Source of the DNA: a virus
Lineage: Duplodnaviria > Caudoviricetes
DNA: 36,640 nt
IMG/VR virus record: IMGVR_UViG_3300040736_000114
Span: 1 to 36,640 of that record
Direction: 5' to 3' (one strand)
A model generated the notes under the pieces. It saw only the letters and a list, made by a program, of their open reading frames with translations, was not told the DNA's origin and did no database searches. This document shows positions 1 to 8,490 of the stretch, one piece after another. The position numbers and the translations under genes are program-made. How positions within the stretch are numbered: the stretch's first letter is position 1; each line of letters starts with the position of its first letter.

Positions 1-288
1 AGTTTTGCTACCCACATGCTGGAGGATGGTGTCGATATCCGGCAACTGCAAAAGCTCCTTGGTCATGGCGATGTCAAGACGACCATGATTTACACGCAGT
101 ATACCCAAGGGGCAAGTGTGCGTAGTCCCTTGGATCGCCTCATCGACTCGACCGGTGACCAGTTGCCGGTGAGCCTCGCCGAAGATGCCCGCCGGTGGCT
201 GGTGTCATTTGCCGCGAAGCTCGGTATTTCACCTCCGGAGGCCGCCGGCCAGATTATTGCCATGGCGGCGCAGGGGGGGATTCTGTGA
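1..288 (+). CDS. Tyrosine recombinase, C-terminal part (integron-integrase-like), with a C-terminal ribbon-helix-helix-like extension; 5'-truncated by the window
   Basis: Frame open from base 1: [32 protein letters not shown] (box II, LGH, catalytic Y), then VRSPLD, the ending typical of IntI-type integrases, then about 50 extra aa. Confidence 0.85.
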   Translation, partial: SFATHMLEDGVDIRQLQKLLGHGDVKTTMIYTQYTQGASVRSPLDRLIDSTGDQLPVSLAEDARRWLVSFAAKLGISPPEAAGQIIAMAAQGGIL

Positions 289-557
289 GCTATTCCGATA
301 TTTATCAATTCCCCCCGACCCGTTTCACGTCAAATTCCCCCTGGCGGCAATGGTTGCATCTATTATCTGAGGTCCTGGAGCTAGGTTTTGCGCTGCTGCA
401 GCGCAATGTGCAGCACGCTGCAAGGGAAACATGGGATGTCGGCCAGAGTTCGGAGACGATGAATCGTATCCTTGCGGGGCTGGGGGCTGATGTGGAGATG
501 GCCAGGGAGCATGTGATTTCCGGTTGCAGGGAGCGGGGCTATTATGATGAGCACTAA
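285..557 (+). CDS. Small phage protein, possibly MazG-like NTP pyrophosphohydrolase fold
   Basis: GTG start overlaps the integrase stop (GTGA) with a G-rich SD. Helical protein with SEVLE...ETWD acidic motif and C-terminal RGYY. Confidence 0.5.
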   Translation: MSYSDIYQFPPTRFTSNSPWRQWLHLLSEVLELGFALLQRNVQHAARETWDVGQSSETMNRILAGLGADVEMAREHVISGCRERGYYDEH

Positions 558-690
558 TATTTTCCCGACGTTCCTGATTATTCTGGATGTGCTGGCGGCT
601 GCCGCCTACGCCTGTCAGGGTCTGCATGAGTGGCGAAAGGTAGTGTATTGGGCAGCGGCTGCCGCGTTGACTTTTGTGGTGACGTTTTGA
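544..690 (+). CDS. 48-aa two-TM phage membrane protein (not in ORF track)
   Basis: [48 protein letters not shown]; overlaps the upstream stop; GGGAG upstream. Confidence 0.7.
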   Translation: MMSTNIFPTFLIILDVLAAAAYACQGLHEWRKVVYWAAAAALTFVVTF

Positions 691-697
691 AGGGGTG

Positions 698-726
698 TTG
701 ACAAGCATGGAAATTTTCGATATGGT
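698..726 (+). promoter_or_regulatory. Sigma70-type promoter
   Basis: TTGACA (698-703), 17 bp spacer, TATGGT (721-726). Confidence 0.75.
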
Positions 727-820
727 TCACGCATCCAAAATTCATCTAGGAAGCCACCTTCGCCCGCCAGTCTCAGGGGTGAAAGGAGGCGTTCTGAACA
801 GGACGCGTGTATCTTCAACC

Positions 821-906
821 GGCGTGCCTGTAGTGTCCCCTTGTCGCGAGGCCTGGGGGTGGTTTCCTAGAGAGCCACGGATAACACTACAGGCACGCCT
901 TTTTTT
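821..906 (+). ncRNA. C4/CI-like antisense or attenuator RNA with terminator
   Basis: Perfect 16-bp stem 821-836/884-899 followed by T7. Internal stem 859-865/872-878 with loop CCTAGA, complementary to TCTAGG sites at 745-750 and 934-939 (the second overlaps the RBS of ORF 950). Confidence 0.6.
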
Positions 907-949
907 GTGCCCGGTGTTATCCCTCCAAAATTCTCTAGGAGGCAACACC

Positions 950-1219
950 ATGCAAAGAACCGTCCCGCATGTTTGCGCAACTATGCGCGAACACCTGTCT
1001 ATCAATGCGTCTTACGCCGATGAACAACTCTACCGAATCGCCGCAAAACTCGCCTTTGTTCGAGAATCAAACCCGTTGATACATACCGACTGCGAATTCA
1101 GCCGCCTGGGTTTGGAAGGTCTCTCGTTCGTCCTGGAGTCGATTATGGATGATGTCCAGGAAGCCGGGGTATGTCTCCAAAGGATTCAAAATAAACAGAG
1201 TGGAGGAAAAAATGATTAG
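950..1219 (+). CDS. Hypothetical phage protein downstream of the C4-like RNA
   Basis: AGGAGG SD at 937-942, ATG at 950, 89 aa helical protein. Confidence 0.7.
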   Translation: MQRTVPHVCATMREHLSINASYADEQLYRIAAKLAFVRESNPLIHTDCEFSRLGLEGLSFVLESIMDDVQEAGVCLQRIQNKQSGGKND

Positions 1220-1385
1220 ACACCAAGACTACAAAATCGAAATTGGAGATGACAGAAATATTATTATTTCACAAATCCAACCTTTTAATGATGACGACGA
1301 AAGAATCGGGCTTTATGTGGAACAGGTACCCAAATTCATTGAAGACCTGATTACCGTAATGAAGGAAGCGCAGGATACGGAATAG
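1212..1385 (+). CDS. Small acidic hypothetical protein
   Basis: GGAGG at 1202-1206, ATG at 1212, overlaps the previous gene end. Confidence 0.65.
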   Translation: MIRHQDYKIEIGDDRNIIISQIQPFNDDDERIGLYVEQVPKFIEDLITVMKEAQDTE

Positions 1386-1423
1386 TCAACGGTATATTAC
1401 ATAAAACCTACAGGAAGAATACT

Positions 1424-2392
1424 ATGGTTACCGATATCCGCCTTGATATTACATTCTTCAGTCACCCCAAAATTATAAAGCTACAGCGAAGGCTCGGAGT
1501 AGAAGCTATTCTGTCTTTGCAGAAGTTGTGGATATTCACAGCACTGAACAAGCCTGATGGTGTGTTGTCGAACATGGATCAGGAGGATATCGAGATAGCT
1601 GCGCAATGGTTCGGAGAGGTTGGAGTCTTTGTTTCATTATTATTGGAATTACGGTTACTGGACAGAGCCGAAGATATTTTAATTGTCCATGACTGGGGGG
1701 AGCATAATTCTTGGGCAGCCGGAGCGCCGAACAGGAGCGATGTGTCACGCTTCAAGAAAATGGCCAGCTCCTATCCAGACATTTATGCAAGACTCAAGCG
1801 CGAAGGTTATACTGCCATCAGCAAGAAGGAATATGAGACACTGACGAAAGGTGATAAAATAACTGCCAGCCAACTGCCAGCCAACTGCCAGCCAACTGCC
1901 AGCCAACAGAACATTAACGGCAAGTCAACCCCTTTCCTTTCCTTTCCTTACCCTACCTTACCTAACCAAGAAAAAGCAGCAGTAGAAACTGAGTCAGTCA
2001 GAACTGACAGCGAAACGCCGCCACCAGAGCCGGAGGTTGCAGCCGCAGCCGCGGCATTCCGGAACATGCCGGTGTCGGAATGCCGTGCCCTGGTGCGGAA
2101 ATACCTCGGACAGTTGGTGGACTCTCCCGGTCAGACAACGGTGTTGCAGGATATCTGCCACGAGTACCCTCCGGAGCGGATTATCGAGGCGTTTCAGGCG
2201 GCGGCAGCGGCGAAGGTCGGCGGCCGTGGTGGGCTGAACTGGGTACGAAAACGGCTGAAAGGAGGCGACGAATATGCCGGAGTTGGCGGACAACGAACTG
2301 GCACAGGCGCAGCAGCGTCTCGAAGAGAAGCGCCGAGCGTTGCGGATAGTCTCACGGACGATTTCCTCTCCCGGAGAGGAGCGGCGGGTTGA
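1424..2392 (+). CDS. Phage replication initiator (replisome organizer-like)
   Basis: N-terminal DIRLDITFFSHPKIIKLQRRLG...LW domain, internal iterons, position directly upstream of a DnaC-like ATPase. Confidence 0.75.
   Translation: MVTDIRLDITFFSHPKIIKLQRRLGVEAILSLQKLWIFTALNKPDGVLSNMDQEDIEIAAQWFGEVGVFVSLLLELRLLDRAEDILIVHDWGEHNSWAAGAPNRSDVSRFKKMASSYPDIYARLKREGYTAISKKEYETLTKGDKITASQLPANCQPTASQQNINGKSTPFLSFPYPTLPNQEKAAVETESVRTDSETPPPEPEVAAAAAAFRNMPVSECRALVRKYLGQLVDSPGQTTVLQDICHEYPPERIIEAFQAAAAAKVGGRGGLNWVRKRLKGGDEYAGVGGQRTGTGAAASRREAPSVADSLTDDFLSRRGAAG
1861..1977. repeat. Putative origin of replication: iterons plus pyrimidine-rich pentamer tract
   Basis: Four perfect AACTGCCAGCC (1861-1904) plus AAC; then CCTTT/CCTTA-type pentamers at 1931-1977. 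Confidence 0.75.
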
Positions 2393-3146
2393 GCCCGTAC
2401 TCTGCCCCTTCTGTGGGCTGGAAAGGCCGAGGCTGACAACCGGTGGGATGGTGGTCGGGAATGTCGCGGAGCCTTGTGGTTGCTCGGAGGCTGTAGAGGC
2501 GAGGCGTGTGGCTGATGAGGAGTTGCGGCGTGCACGTGCGACAGAAGCGGCTGAAGCCGATGAGAAACAGCGCAGGGCCTCAATAAGTCGATGGATAGGT
2601 GGGCTGCCGGAGATGTTCCGGGAGGCGTCGTTTTCCGGGCTCCAGGTGCATGAGCAGAACCGAAACGCCATTGAGGCGGCGAGGATGTATGCCGAAATGG
2701 TGCCCGACGAGCCTCGGACAGGCCTGATTTTCTTTGGGAAGCCCGGGAGGGGTAAGACACACTTGGCCGCGGCGGTGGCTGTGACTCGGATTCGTCGAGG
2801 TAAATCCGTGGTGTTCGGGACCGTGCCGGCACTGCTGGGGGCAGTGAAGGCGACCTATAGCGCAGCAACGACCTCAGAGCAGCAGGTTGTGGGGTTGATG
2901 ACGTCGTGCTCTTTGCTGGTACTGGATGACCTGGGTAAAGAACGTCCGTCGGAATGGGTGGAGGAGAAACTCTACGAAATCATAGACACCAGGTACGCTC
3001 GTCGGTTGCCGATAGTTATTACCACGAACGTGGGTTTGGAGCAGATAGAACGTCGATACACATGGAATGGTGAGGCTATCGTTTCGAGGTTGTACCAAAT
3101 GTGTAGTGGTGTTGAGGTCGGCGGGCCGGACTGGAGACGGCAATAA
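2274..3146 (+). CDS. DnaC/IstB-like AAA+ helicase loader
   Basis: CxxC...CxC N-terminus, Walker A GKPGRGKTHLA, Walker B LLVLDDLG, IIDTRY...PIVITTN; AGGAGG SD at 2260-2265. Confidence 0.9.
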   Translation: MPELADNELAQAQQRLEEKRRALRIVSRTISSPGEERRVEPVLCPFCGLERPRLTTGGMVVGNVAEPCGCSEAVEARRVADEELRRARATEAAEADEKQRRASISRWIGGLPEMFREASFSGLQVHEQNRNAIEAARMYAEMVPDEPRTGLIFFGKPGRGKTHLAAAVAVTRIRRGKSVVFGTVPALLGAVKATYSAATTSEQQVVGLMTSCSLLVLDDLGKERPSEWVEEKLYEIIDTRYARRLPIVITTNVGLEQIERRYTWNGEAIVSRLYQMCSGVEVGGPDWRRQ

Positions 3147-3159
3147 AGGGGGGGCGGTT

Positions 3160-3468
3160 ATGAGTGAAGATGTTCGGCTGTGTGGATACATCGGGTGCAG
3201 GAAGCCACTGGTGAGGAAGCCTGGAGAATCGGAAGGGAAATTCAAAAAGCGTGAGCATTGCGACAAGGTATGTTGTGGGTTGCAAAAAGGTGTACGGAGC
3301 CGTGCCGAACGGGATGAGTTGTCCAGGAAGGGCAAGAAGAAAAAGACGGCGAAGCCGGTGAAGTGGCGGCCCGTGCCTCCAGCGGTGGGAAGTCCGCCTG
3401 TTGCTGCGGTTGCAGAGGTGAACCAGGAGTTGTTGAGAGCAAGGATGTATCGCGGAGCTTTATTATGA
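3160..3468 (+). CDS. Small basic Cys-rich (zinc-binding) phage protein
   Basis: CGYIGC...HCDKVC, lysine-rich; G-rich SD. Confidence 0.65.
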   Translation: MSEDVRLCGYIGCRKPLVRKPGESEGKFKKREHCDKVCCGLQKGVRSRAERDELSRKGKKKKTAKPVKWRPVPPAVGSPPVAAVAEVNQELLRARMYRGALL

Positions 3469-3474
3469 GAAAGT

Positions 3475-3517
3475 TGTTCAAAAAAATGTTGAACATTGCG
3501 AGTCGTTGAGGTATGGG
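3475..3517 (+). promoter_or_regulatory. Late promoter 1 with palindromic operator
   Basis: TGTTCAA-aaaaatg-TTGAACA at 3475-3495; the right arm TTGAAC can act as -35, then 17 bp, then TATGGG at 3512-3517. Confidence 0.55.
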
Positions 3518-3546
3518 TGAAGGTAATAAGGTTTCGGAGGTTGGGA

Positions 3547-3714
3547 GTGTCGGCGAATGTGGTTATGCGCAGTAGGGACCCTGATTGGAAGGAAAAGTTG
3601 ATTGCGAACCTGCAAAGCCTTGGATTAATGAAATCTGGATTCACTGGTCAATTAATCATTGACTGCAACCAGGGCGGCGTTACGGCGTTTACGATTTCCG
3701 AGAAAATACGATAA
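3547..3714 (+). CDS. Small YezD/DUF2292-like protein
   Basis: GGAGG at 3536-3540 before GTG 3547 (ATG 3565 is an alternative start). Pattern helix, then GFTGQLIIDCNQGGVTAFTISEKIR. Confidence 0.55.
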   Translation: MSANVVMRSRDPDWKEKLIANLQSLGLMKSGFTGQLIIDCNQGGVTAFTISEKIR

Positions 3715-3752
3715 GAAAAGCGGTTAGTCTGTAACCCGAAAGGGAACTATTG

Positions 3753-3801
3753 AACCCGCACCATGTGGCTGTATGACAGCCAAGGTGCGGGTTTTTTGTT
3801 T
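3753..3801 (+). terminator. Intrinsic terminator/attenuator upstream of terS
   Basis: AACCCGCACC (3753-3762) / GGTGCGGGTT (3784-3793) with inner TGGCTG/CAGCCA stem, followed by TTTTGTTT. Confidence 0.8.
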
Positions 3802-3816
3802 CAGGGGAGTTTGATA

Positions 3817-4416
3817 GTGGCTGGAGTGGATGGACAGACAAGCGTACCAGGGCAAACGGTTCTGCCGGGCATGGCGGAAGACTTGGGGTACGACTCTATT
3901 AAGCTCAAACCATGGGAAGAGCGGTTCTGCTGGAAGTATGTCGAACTGGGGGTTGCTACTCAAGCGTACCAAGCCGTGAAGCCGAAGTCTACCTACGGAA
4001 CAGCGCGCTCGGAGTCGGCGAAACTCCTAGCAAAACCTAGCATAAAAGCCCGGATTGCCGAGGTCCAGGAGGAGATAGGCAGGGAGGCCAGGGCTCTGGT
4101 GATGGGGTATCACCGGACGGTCATGACTACGGATCGGATAGATTTGCTCAGCAAGGTGAAGAACTCTACGTCGTTGGATGATTTGGATGAGGACGCAAGG
4201 GCGATCCTAGAGTTCGAGCAGGTTTCGTCGAAGGATGGTGTCCGGACTCTGTTGAAGGTGCCGACTCGGCATCAGTCAGCGGTGGAGCTGGCCCGCATTA
4301 CCGGGATGCACAAGGATAAGATGGAACTGACGGGCAAGGATGGCGGGCCTCTGGAGCATGAGCACAAATACGACCTGACCGACGAGATGCTGGCGAAGAT
4401 AGCGGTAGGGGGATGA
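3817..4416 (+). CDS. terS: Terminase small subunit
   Basis: EERFCWKYV...ATQAYQA...ARSESAKLLAKPSIKARI HTH; C-terminal ELTGKDGGPL; directly upstream of TerL. Confidence 0.9.
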   Translation: MAGVDGQTSVPGQTVLPGMAEDLGYDSIKLKPWEERFCWKYVELGVATQAYQAVKPKSTYGTARSESAKLLAKPSIKARIAEVQEEIGREARALVMGYHRTVMTTDRIDLLSKVKNSTSLDDLDEDARAILEFEQVSSKDGVRTLLKVPTRHQSAVELARITGMHKDKMELTGKDGGPLEHEHKYDLTDEMLAKIAVGG

Positions 4417-5945
4417 TGATTACCCAGCAAGAGGCCGCCCGTGAGTTGCTGCGCCGGCGGCGGGCACGGAACCACCTGGTTGATTTTTCCCAGGCGATTG
4501 AGATTCCAGGGGCTCCGGTGTCTGATGACCCTGATGAATGGTTGTTCAAGCCCGTGGAAACGGCGGTTGCCCTCCATCACAAGATTATGATGGAGGCGCT
4601 GAATGAAGTGGCGGAGGGTCGTCTGAAGCGGTTGATGATGATGCTCCCTCCCGGTTCGGCCAAGAGTTCGTACACGTCGGTGGTCTTCCCGTCCTACTTT
4701 CTCGGGAAGTTCGAGGGGACGAAGATAATCCTGGCGTCATACGGCTCGGACCTGGCCAAGCGTATGGGACGACGGGCCAGGCAGATTATCCGTTCTCAGC
4801 AGTACCATCCGATTTTCGATTGCGGGTTGTGCTCAGAGACGAGCGCGGCCGACGAATGGGCGCTGACCAACGGCAGCGAGTATATGTCCTGCGGCGTGCT
4901 GGGAGCGATTACCGGATCCCGCTGTCAGGGCCTGATTGTCGATGACCCGTTCAAGGGTAGACAGGACGCGGATTCGAAGGTAATCCGGGACCGCACGTTC
5001 AATGCGTATCAGGATGATTTGCTGACTCGCCTGATACCTGGCGGATGGCAGGTGATTATCACTACCCGCTGGCATGAGGACGATCTGGCGGGTCGGATTC
5101 TTCCGAGCGACTGGATGGGGGAATCAGGGGATATCGTTTGCCGCGACGGAGAGACGTGGCGGGTTATCTGCATCCAGGCGCAATGCGAGCGCAGTGATGA
5201 CCCGGTGGGCCGGCAGATAGGGGAATATCTCTGGCCGGGATGGTTCAGCGAACAGCATTTCGCGCAGTTCAAAAGGGTCCCGAGAACCTGGAACGCTCTC
5301 TATCAACAGATACCGGCAGCCGACAGCGGCAGCTACTTCCTGGCTGACAATTGCCAGTGGTACGAGGAGAGACCGAAGCACCTGCGGATTTACGGGGCCT
5401 CGGACTTCGCGGTTACGGCGGACGGCGGGGACCACACGGAGCACGGGGTGTTCGGAGTCGACCCGAACGATGACCTCTATATCCTGGACTGGTGGTTCGG
5501 CCAGACGCAATCCGATGTCTGGATTGAAGAGGAGTTGGACCTCATCAAGCGGCACAAGCCGTTGTCCTGGTACGGAGAGTCGGGAGTTATCAGGCGCAGC
5601 GTTGAACCGTTCCTTTTGAAACGCAGCCGGGAGCGGAAAATCTACTGCGATTTTCAGTGGCTCCCGTCGATTACCGACAAGCCGACCAGGGCGAGGGCGT
5701 TTCAATCACGATGGGCGATGCGCAAGGTTTTTCTGCCGGTCCATGTGGAGTGGGCTCCGCGGTTGTTGCGCCAGCTCACCAGGTTCCCGGCCGGCGCTGA
5801 AGATGACGGTGTTGATGTTTGCAGCCTTATCGGCCGGGCGCTGGATGACATTGTTGGGGCCAGTGTGCCGGAGGAACCGAAAGAGGATCACAAGGATTAC
5901 GGCGACGATGGTGATGACTTCGAGGACGATTGGAAGACAGCGTAG
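4413..5945 (+). CDS. terL: Terminase large subunit
   Basis: Walker A-like PPGSAKS, IVDDP, TRWHEDDL, WNALYQQ.P, nuclease motifs SDFA and FPAGAEDDGVD. Confidence 0.95.
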   Translation: MMITQQEAARELLRRRRARNHLVDFSQAIEIPGAPVSDDPDEWLFKPVETAVALHHKIMMEALNEVAEGRLKRLMMMLPPGSAKSSYTSVVFPSYFLGKFEGTKIILASYGSDLAKRMGRRARQIIRSQQYHPIFDCGLCSETSAADEWALTNGSEYMSCGVLGAITGSRCQGLIVDDPFKGRQDADSKVIRDRTFNAYQDDLLTRLIPGGWQVIITTRWHEDDLAGRILPSDWMGESGDIVCRDGETWRVICIQAQCERSDDPVGRQIGEYLWPGWFSEQHFAQFKRVPRTWNALYQQIPAADSGSYFLADNCQWYEERPKHLRIYGASDFAVTADGGDHTEHGVFGVDPNDDLYILDWWFGQTQSDVWIEEELDLIKRHKPLSWYGESGVIRRSVEPFLLKRSRERKIYCDFQWLPSITDKPTRARAFQSRWAMRKVFLPVHVEWAPRLLRQLTRFPAGAEDDGVDVCSLIGRALDDIVGASVPEEPKEDHKDYGDDGDDFEDDWKTA

Positions 5946-5968
5946 GCTCGAAAAGGAGACCGATACCA

Positions 5969-8062
5969 ATGCCTGAAAATGCAATAACGCTCACACAGGC
6001 GATTGCCTATTTCGATGAGGCAGAAGAGTTGTCGCTGGATTCCCGCAATACGGCCGAGAAGTGCCGGGACTATTACGACCATAAGCAATGGACCTCCCAG
6101 GAGGCTGCTTTTGTCAGAAAGCGCAAGCAGCCGGTGATTACCCGAAACCGCATCAAGCCGAAGGTTGATTTCCTGAAAGGGGTGGAGCTCGAAACCAGGA
6201 CCGACCCGGAGGCGTCACCGACAACTCCGGGTGATGAGAACGCCGCGCAGACGGCAACCGATGCCGTCAGATTCGTGTACGACAAGGCGAAGTTTCCAAA
6301 GACCAAATCAGATGTGTTCGAGAATCTGCTTATCGAGGGGACCGGCGGGGTTGAGGTCTTCTGCAAGATAGGTCGCAAGGGCGAGGTCGATATCTGTATC
6401 AAGCGGTATCACTGGGACCGGCTGGGCTGGGACCCCCACAGCAGGGAAAAGGACTTCTCCGATACGCTGTACCGGTATGCCGTGGCCTGGATGGATTACG
6501 ACCAGGCCGTAGACCGGTATGAGGACCGTGAAGAAATCCTGGCGGCGACATTGAGTCGGGAGGGCATGCTGTCCAGCACCTACGACGATACACCTCGCTT
6601 GCGGTGGGCGGATGCCAGGCGTAAGAGGATCCGGGTCGTGAAAATGGAATTCATCCACAAGGGAGAGACGTGGGTGTGCGAGTTTACACGAGGCGGTTTC
6701 CTTGTCGACCCCGAGCCTTCTCCGTATCTGGACGAAGAGGGTATTCCCGAATGGTCGATTATCCTCCAAAGTGCCCACGTCGACCGCGAAGGCAACCGCT
6801 ACGGATACATCAAGTCGTGGCTGGATACGCAGGATGAAATCAACAAAAGGGCCAGCAAGCACCTCCATCTCGTCTCGGTACGGCAGACCTACAGTTCCTC
6901 GGGGGCAACGGATGACGTCCAGAAGCTGAAAGCGGAACTGGCCAAGCCCGACGGCCACCTGAAGTTCGACAAGGGAGAGTACGGAAAGGATTTCGGAGTG
7001 CTCCCCACCATGGACCAGGCGGAAGCTCAATTCAGACTTCTGCAAGAAGCAAAGCAGGAAATCGATTCCGTTGGAATACACGCTGCTCTCGCAGGCGCCG
7101 AGGCCCGCGACCTTTCGGGCAAGGCGCTGGGCAAACTGCAGCACGGATCCAGCACGGAACTAAAACCGCTCTTCGAGGCCATTTCCCAATTCGATAACCA
7201 GGTATGCCGGGCCGTGTGGAATCGTATCAAGCAGTTCTGGACCAGCGAACGATGGATACGGATTACGGGTGATGAGGATGCTCCTAAGTGGATTGGACTG
7301 AATGTCCCCGTCACCTGGGGAGAGACACTGGCGGAGGAAAACGGCGGGGTACTGCCGCCAGAAGTGCAAGGGGACCCGCGTTTGAATGTCAAGGTCGGCA
7401 TCAGGAACAATATCGCGGAAATAGATGTGGACTTCAAGATTGTGGAAGTTCCCGACGTGGTGAACGCGATGCAGGAGCAGTTCGAGGCGTTGACCGCGAT
7501 TTACCCGGCAATACCGGAGCACATGAAGCCGGTCGCCTTCGAAATGCTGGTTGAGGCATCTTCGCTCAGGAACAAGAAGAAGTTCCTGGACAGACTGCGG
7601 GGTGGCGATGAGGACCCGCAGTCTCAGGCATCCGCCGCATTGCAAGGAAAGATGGCGGAACTTCAGGCGGCGTTGCTTGAGGCCAAGATTGATATGACGA
7701 ACGCGCAGACGGAGAAGATCCGGGAAGATGCCGCACAGTCCCATTCGGTGAAGGTCGTGAAGCTGATGGAGGCGCTGTATTCGGCAATGCAGGCGGCACA
7801 GGTCGCCACCACGGCGCCGCCGGGGACAACCAGGGTTGCGGATCAGATAGCACTGTCGGCGGGATTCGAGGACCAGAACAAACCGCCCATCTATCCCCAG
7901 GGTGTGAATGTTACGGCCCAGGCTCCGAGGATTGGTTACGAGTCGGAAAGGAAAAACACCTCTCCCATGTTTCCGCCGCAGCCGATTGGACCTGGTGAGG
8001 GCATGATGCACGGGATAGAGACACAAAGGAATGACGGCGTGGAACCGCAGAAAGTGGTGTAA
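5969..8062 (+). CDS. P22-like portal protein
   Basis: DYYDHKQW...PVITRNRIKPKVD, QDEINKRASK, SGKAL, C-terminal coiled coil; AAGGAG SD; follows TerL. Confidence 0.9.
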   Translation: MPENAITLTQAIAYFDEAEELSLDSRNTAEKCRDYYDHKQWTSQEAAFVRKRKQPVITRNRIKPKVDFLKGVELETRTDPEASPTTPGDENAAQTATDAVRFVYDKAKFPKTKSDVFENLLIEGTGGVEVFCKIGRKGEVDICIKRYHWDRLGWDPHSREKDFSDTLYRYAVAWMDYDQAVDRYEDREEILAATLSREGMLSSTYDDTPRLRWADARRKRIRVVKMEFIHKGETWVCEFTRGGFLVDPEPSPYLDEEGIPEWSIILQSAHVDREGNRYGYIKSWLDTQDEINKRASKHLHLVSVRQTYSSSGATDDVQKLKAELAKPDGHLKFDKGEYGKDFGVLPTMDQAEAQFRLLQEAKQEIDSVGIHAALAGAEARDLSGKALGKLQHGSSTELKPLFEAISQFDNQVCRAVWNRIKQFWTSERWIRITGDEDAPKWIGLNVPVTWGETLAEENGGVLPPEVQGDPRLNVKVGIRNNIAEIDVDFKIVEVPDVVNAMQEQFEALTAIYPAIPEHMKPVAFEMLVEASSLRNKKKFLDRLRGGDEDPQSQASAALQGKMAELQAALLEAKIDMTNAQTEKIREDAAQSHSVKVVKLMEALYSAMQAAQVATTAPPGTTRVADQIALSAGFEDQNKPPIYPQGVNVTAQAPRIGYESERKNTSPMFPPQPIGPGEGMMHGIETQRNDGVEPQKVV

Positions 8063-8094
8063 CCACAAAAACAAAAGGAAAAGGAGAAGAGACG

Positions 8095-8490
8095 ATGAAA
8101 AAGTTTAATTACTTCACAGCAGTATTGGCGGTACTCGTTTTGTTCGTGCTCGTAGTAGCCACGGTTGCATTCGCGGGCAATGCCCACAGGGATGGGAAAG
8201 GGGTGGTGATGTCTGATGTTTTTACGCCTGTCAGGGGGACATCGGTGACGCACACCAAGGCCGACGTGACATATACGCCAACATCGGGAACGAAGAAGGT
8301 TCGATTCCAGCCGTCCGCAGCCGTTTCCTACAAGATTAACGGGACTGGCACCGCCTACCCTGTAGCCGCGAATGCCAATGAGGGACCGATGGGCATTGGC
8401 ACAAGGTCCGGTGTGGGCACCGCGGTATCCAGTATCGTGTTCACCGGGATATCTTCGGCTACCAAGACCATCTACATCCAGGAGCAATGA
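8095..8490 (+). CDS. Beta-rich protein with Sec-type signal peptide
   Basis: MKK, hydrophobic core, AFA|G cleavage site; AAGGAG SD. Confidence 0.75.
   Translation: MKKFNYFTAVLAVLVLFVLVVATVAFAGNAHRDGKGVVMSDVFTPVRGTSVTHTKADVTYTPTSGTKKVRFQPSAAVSYKINGTGTAYPVAANANEGPMGIGTRSGVGTAVSSIVFTGISSATKTIYIQEQ

Noticed and set aside
695-949. N-terminal extension of ORF 695-1219 given in the ORF track
   Set aside because: It overlaps the promoter and structured RNA; the strong SD supports ATG 950 instead.
289-1420. Integron cassette array next to the IntI-like gene
   Set aside because: The genes overlap or are coupled and co-oriented with the integrase; no repeated attC-like sites with RYYYAAC/GTTRRRY ends were seen.
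1861-1907. Tandem repeats as a CRISPR array
   Set aside because: 11-bp units with no spacers and no cas genes; they fit iterons.
3475-3495. Operator as a known LexA box
   Set aside because: GTTCAA-N7-TTGAAC does not match the boxes I know (CTGT-N8-ACAG, GAAC-N4-GTTC, GTTC-N7-GTTC); left unassigned.
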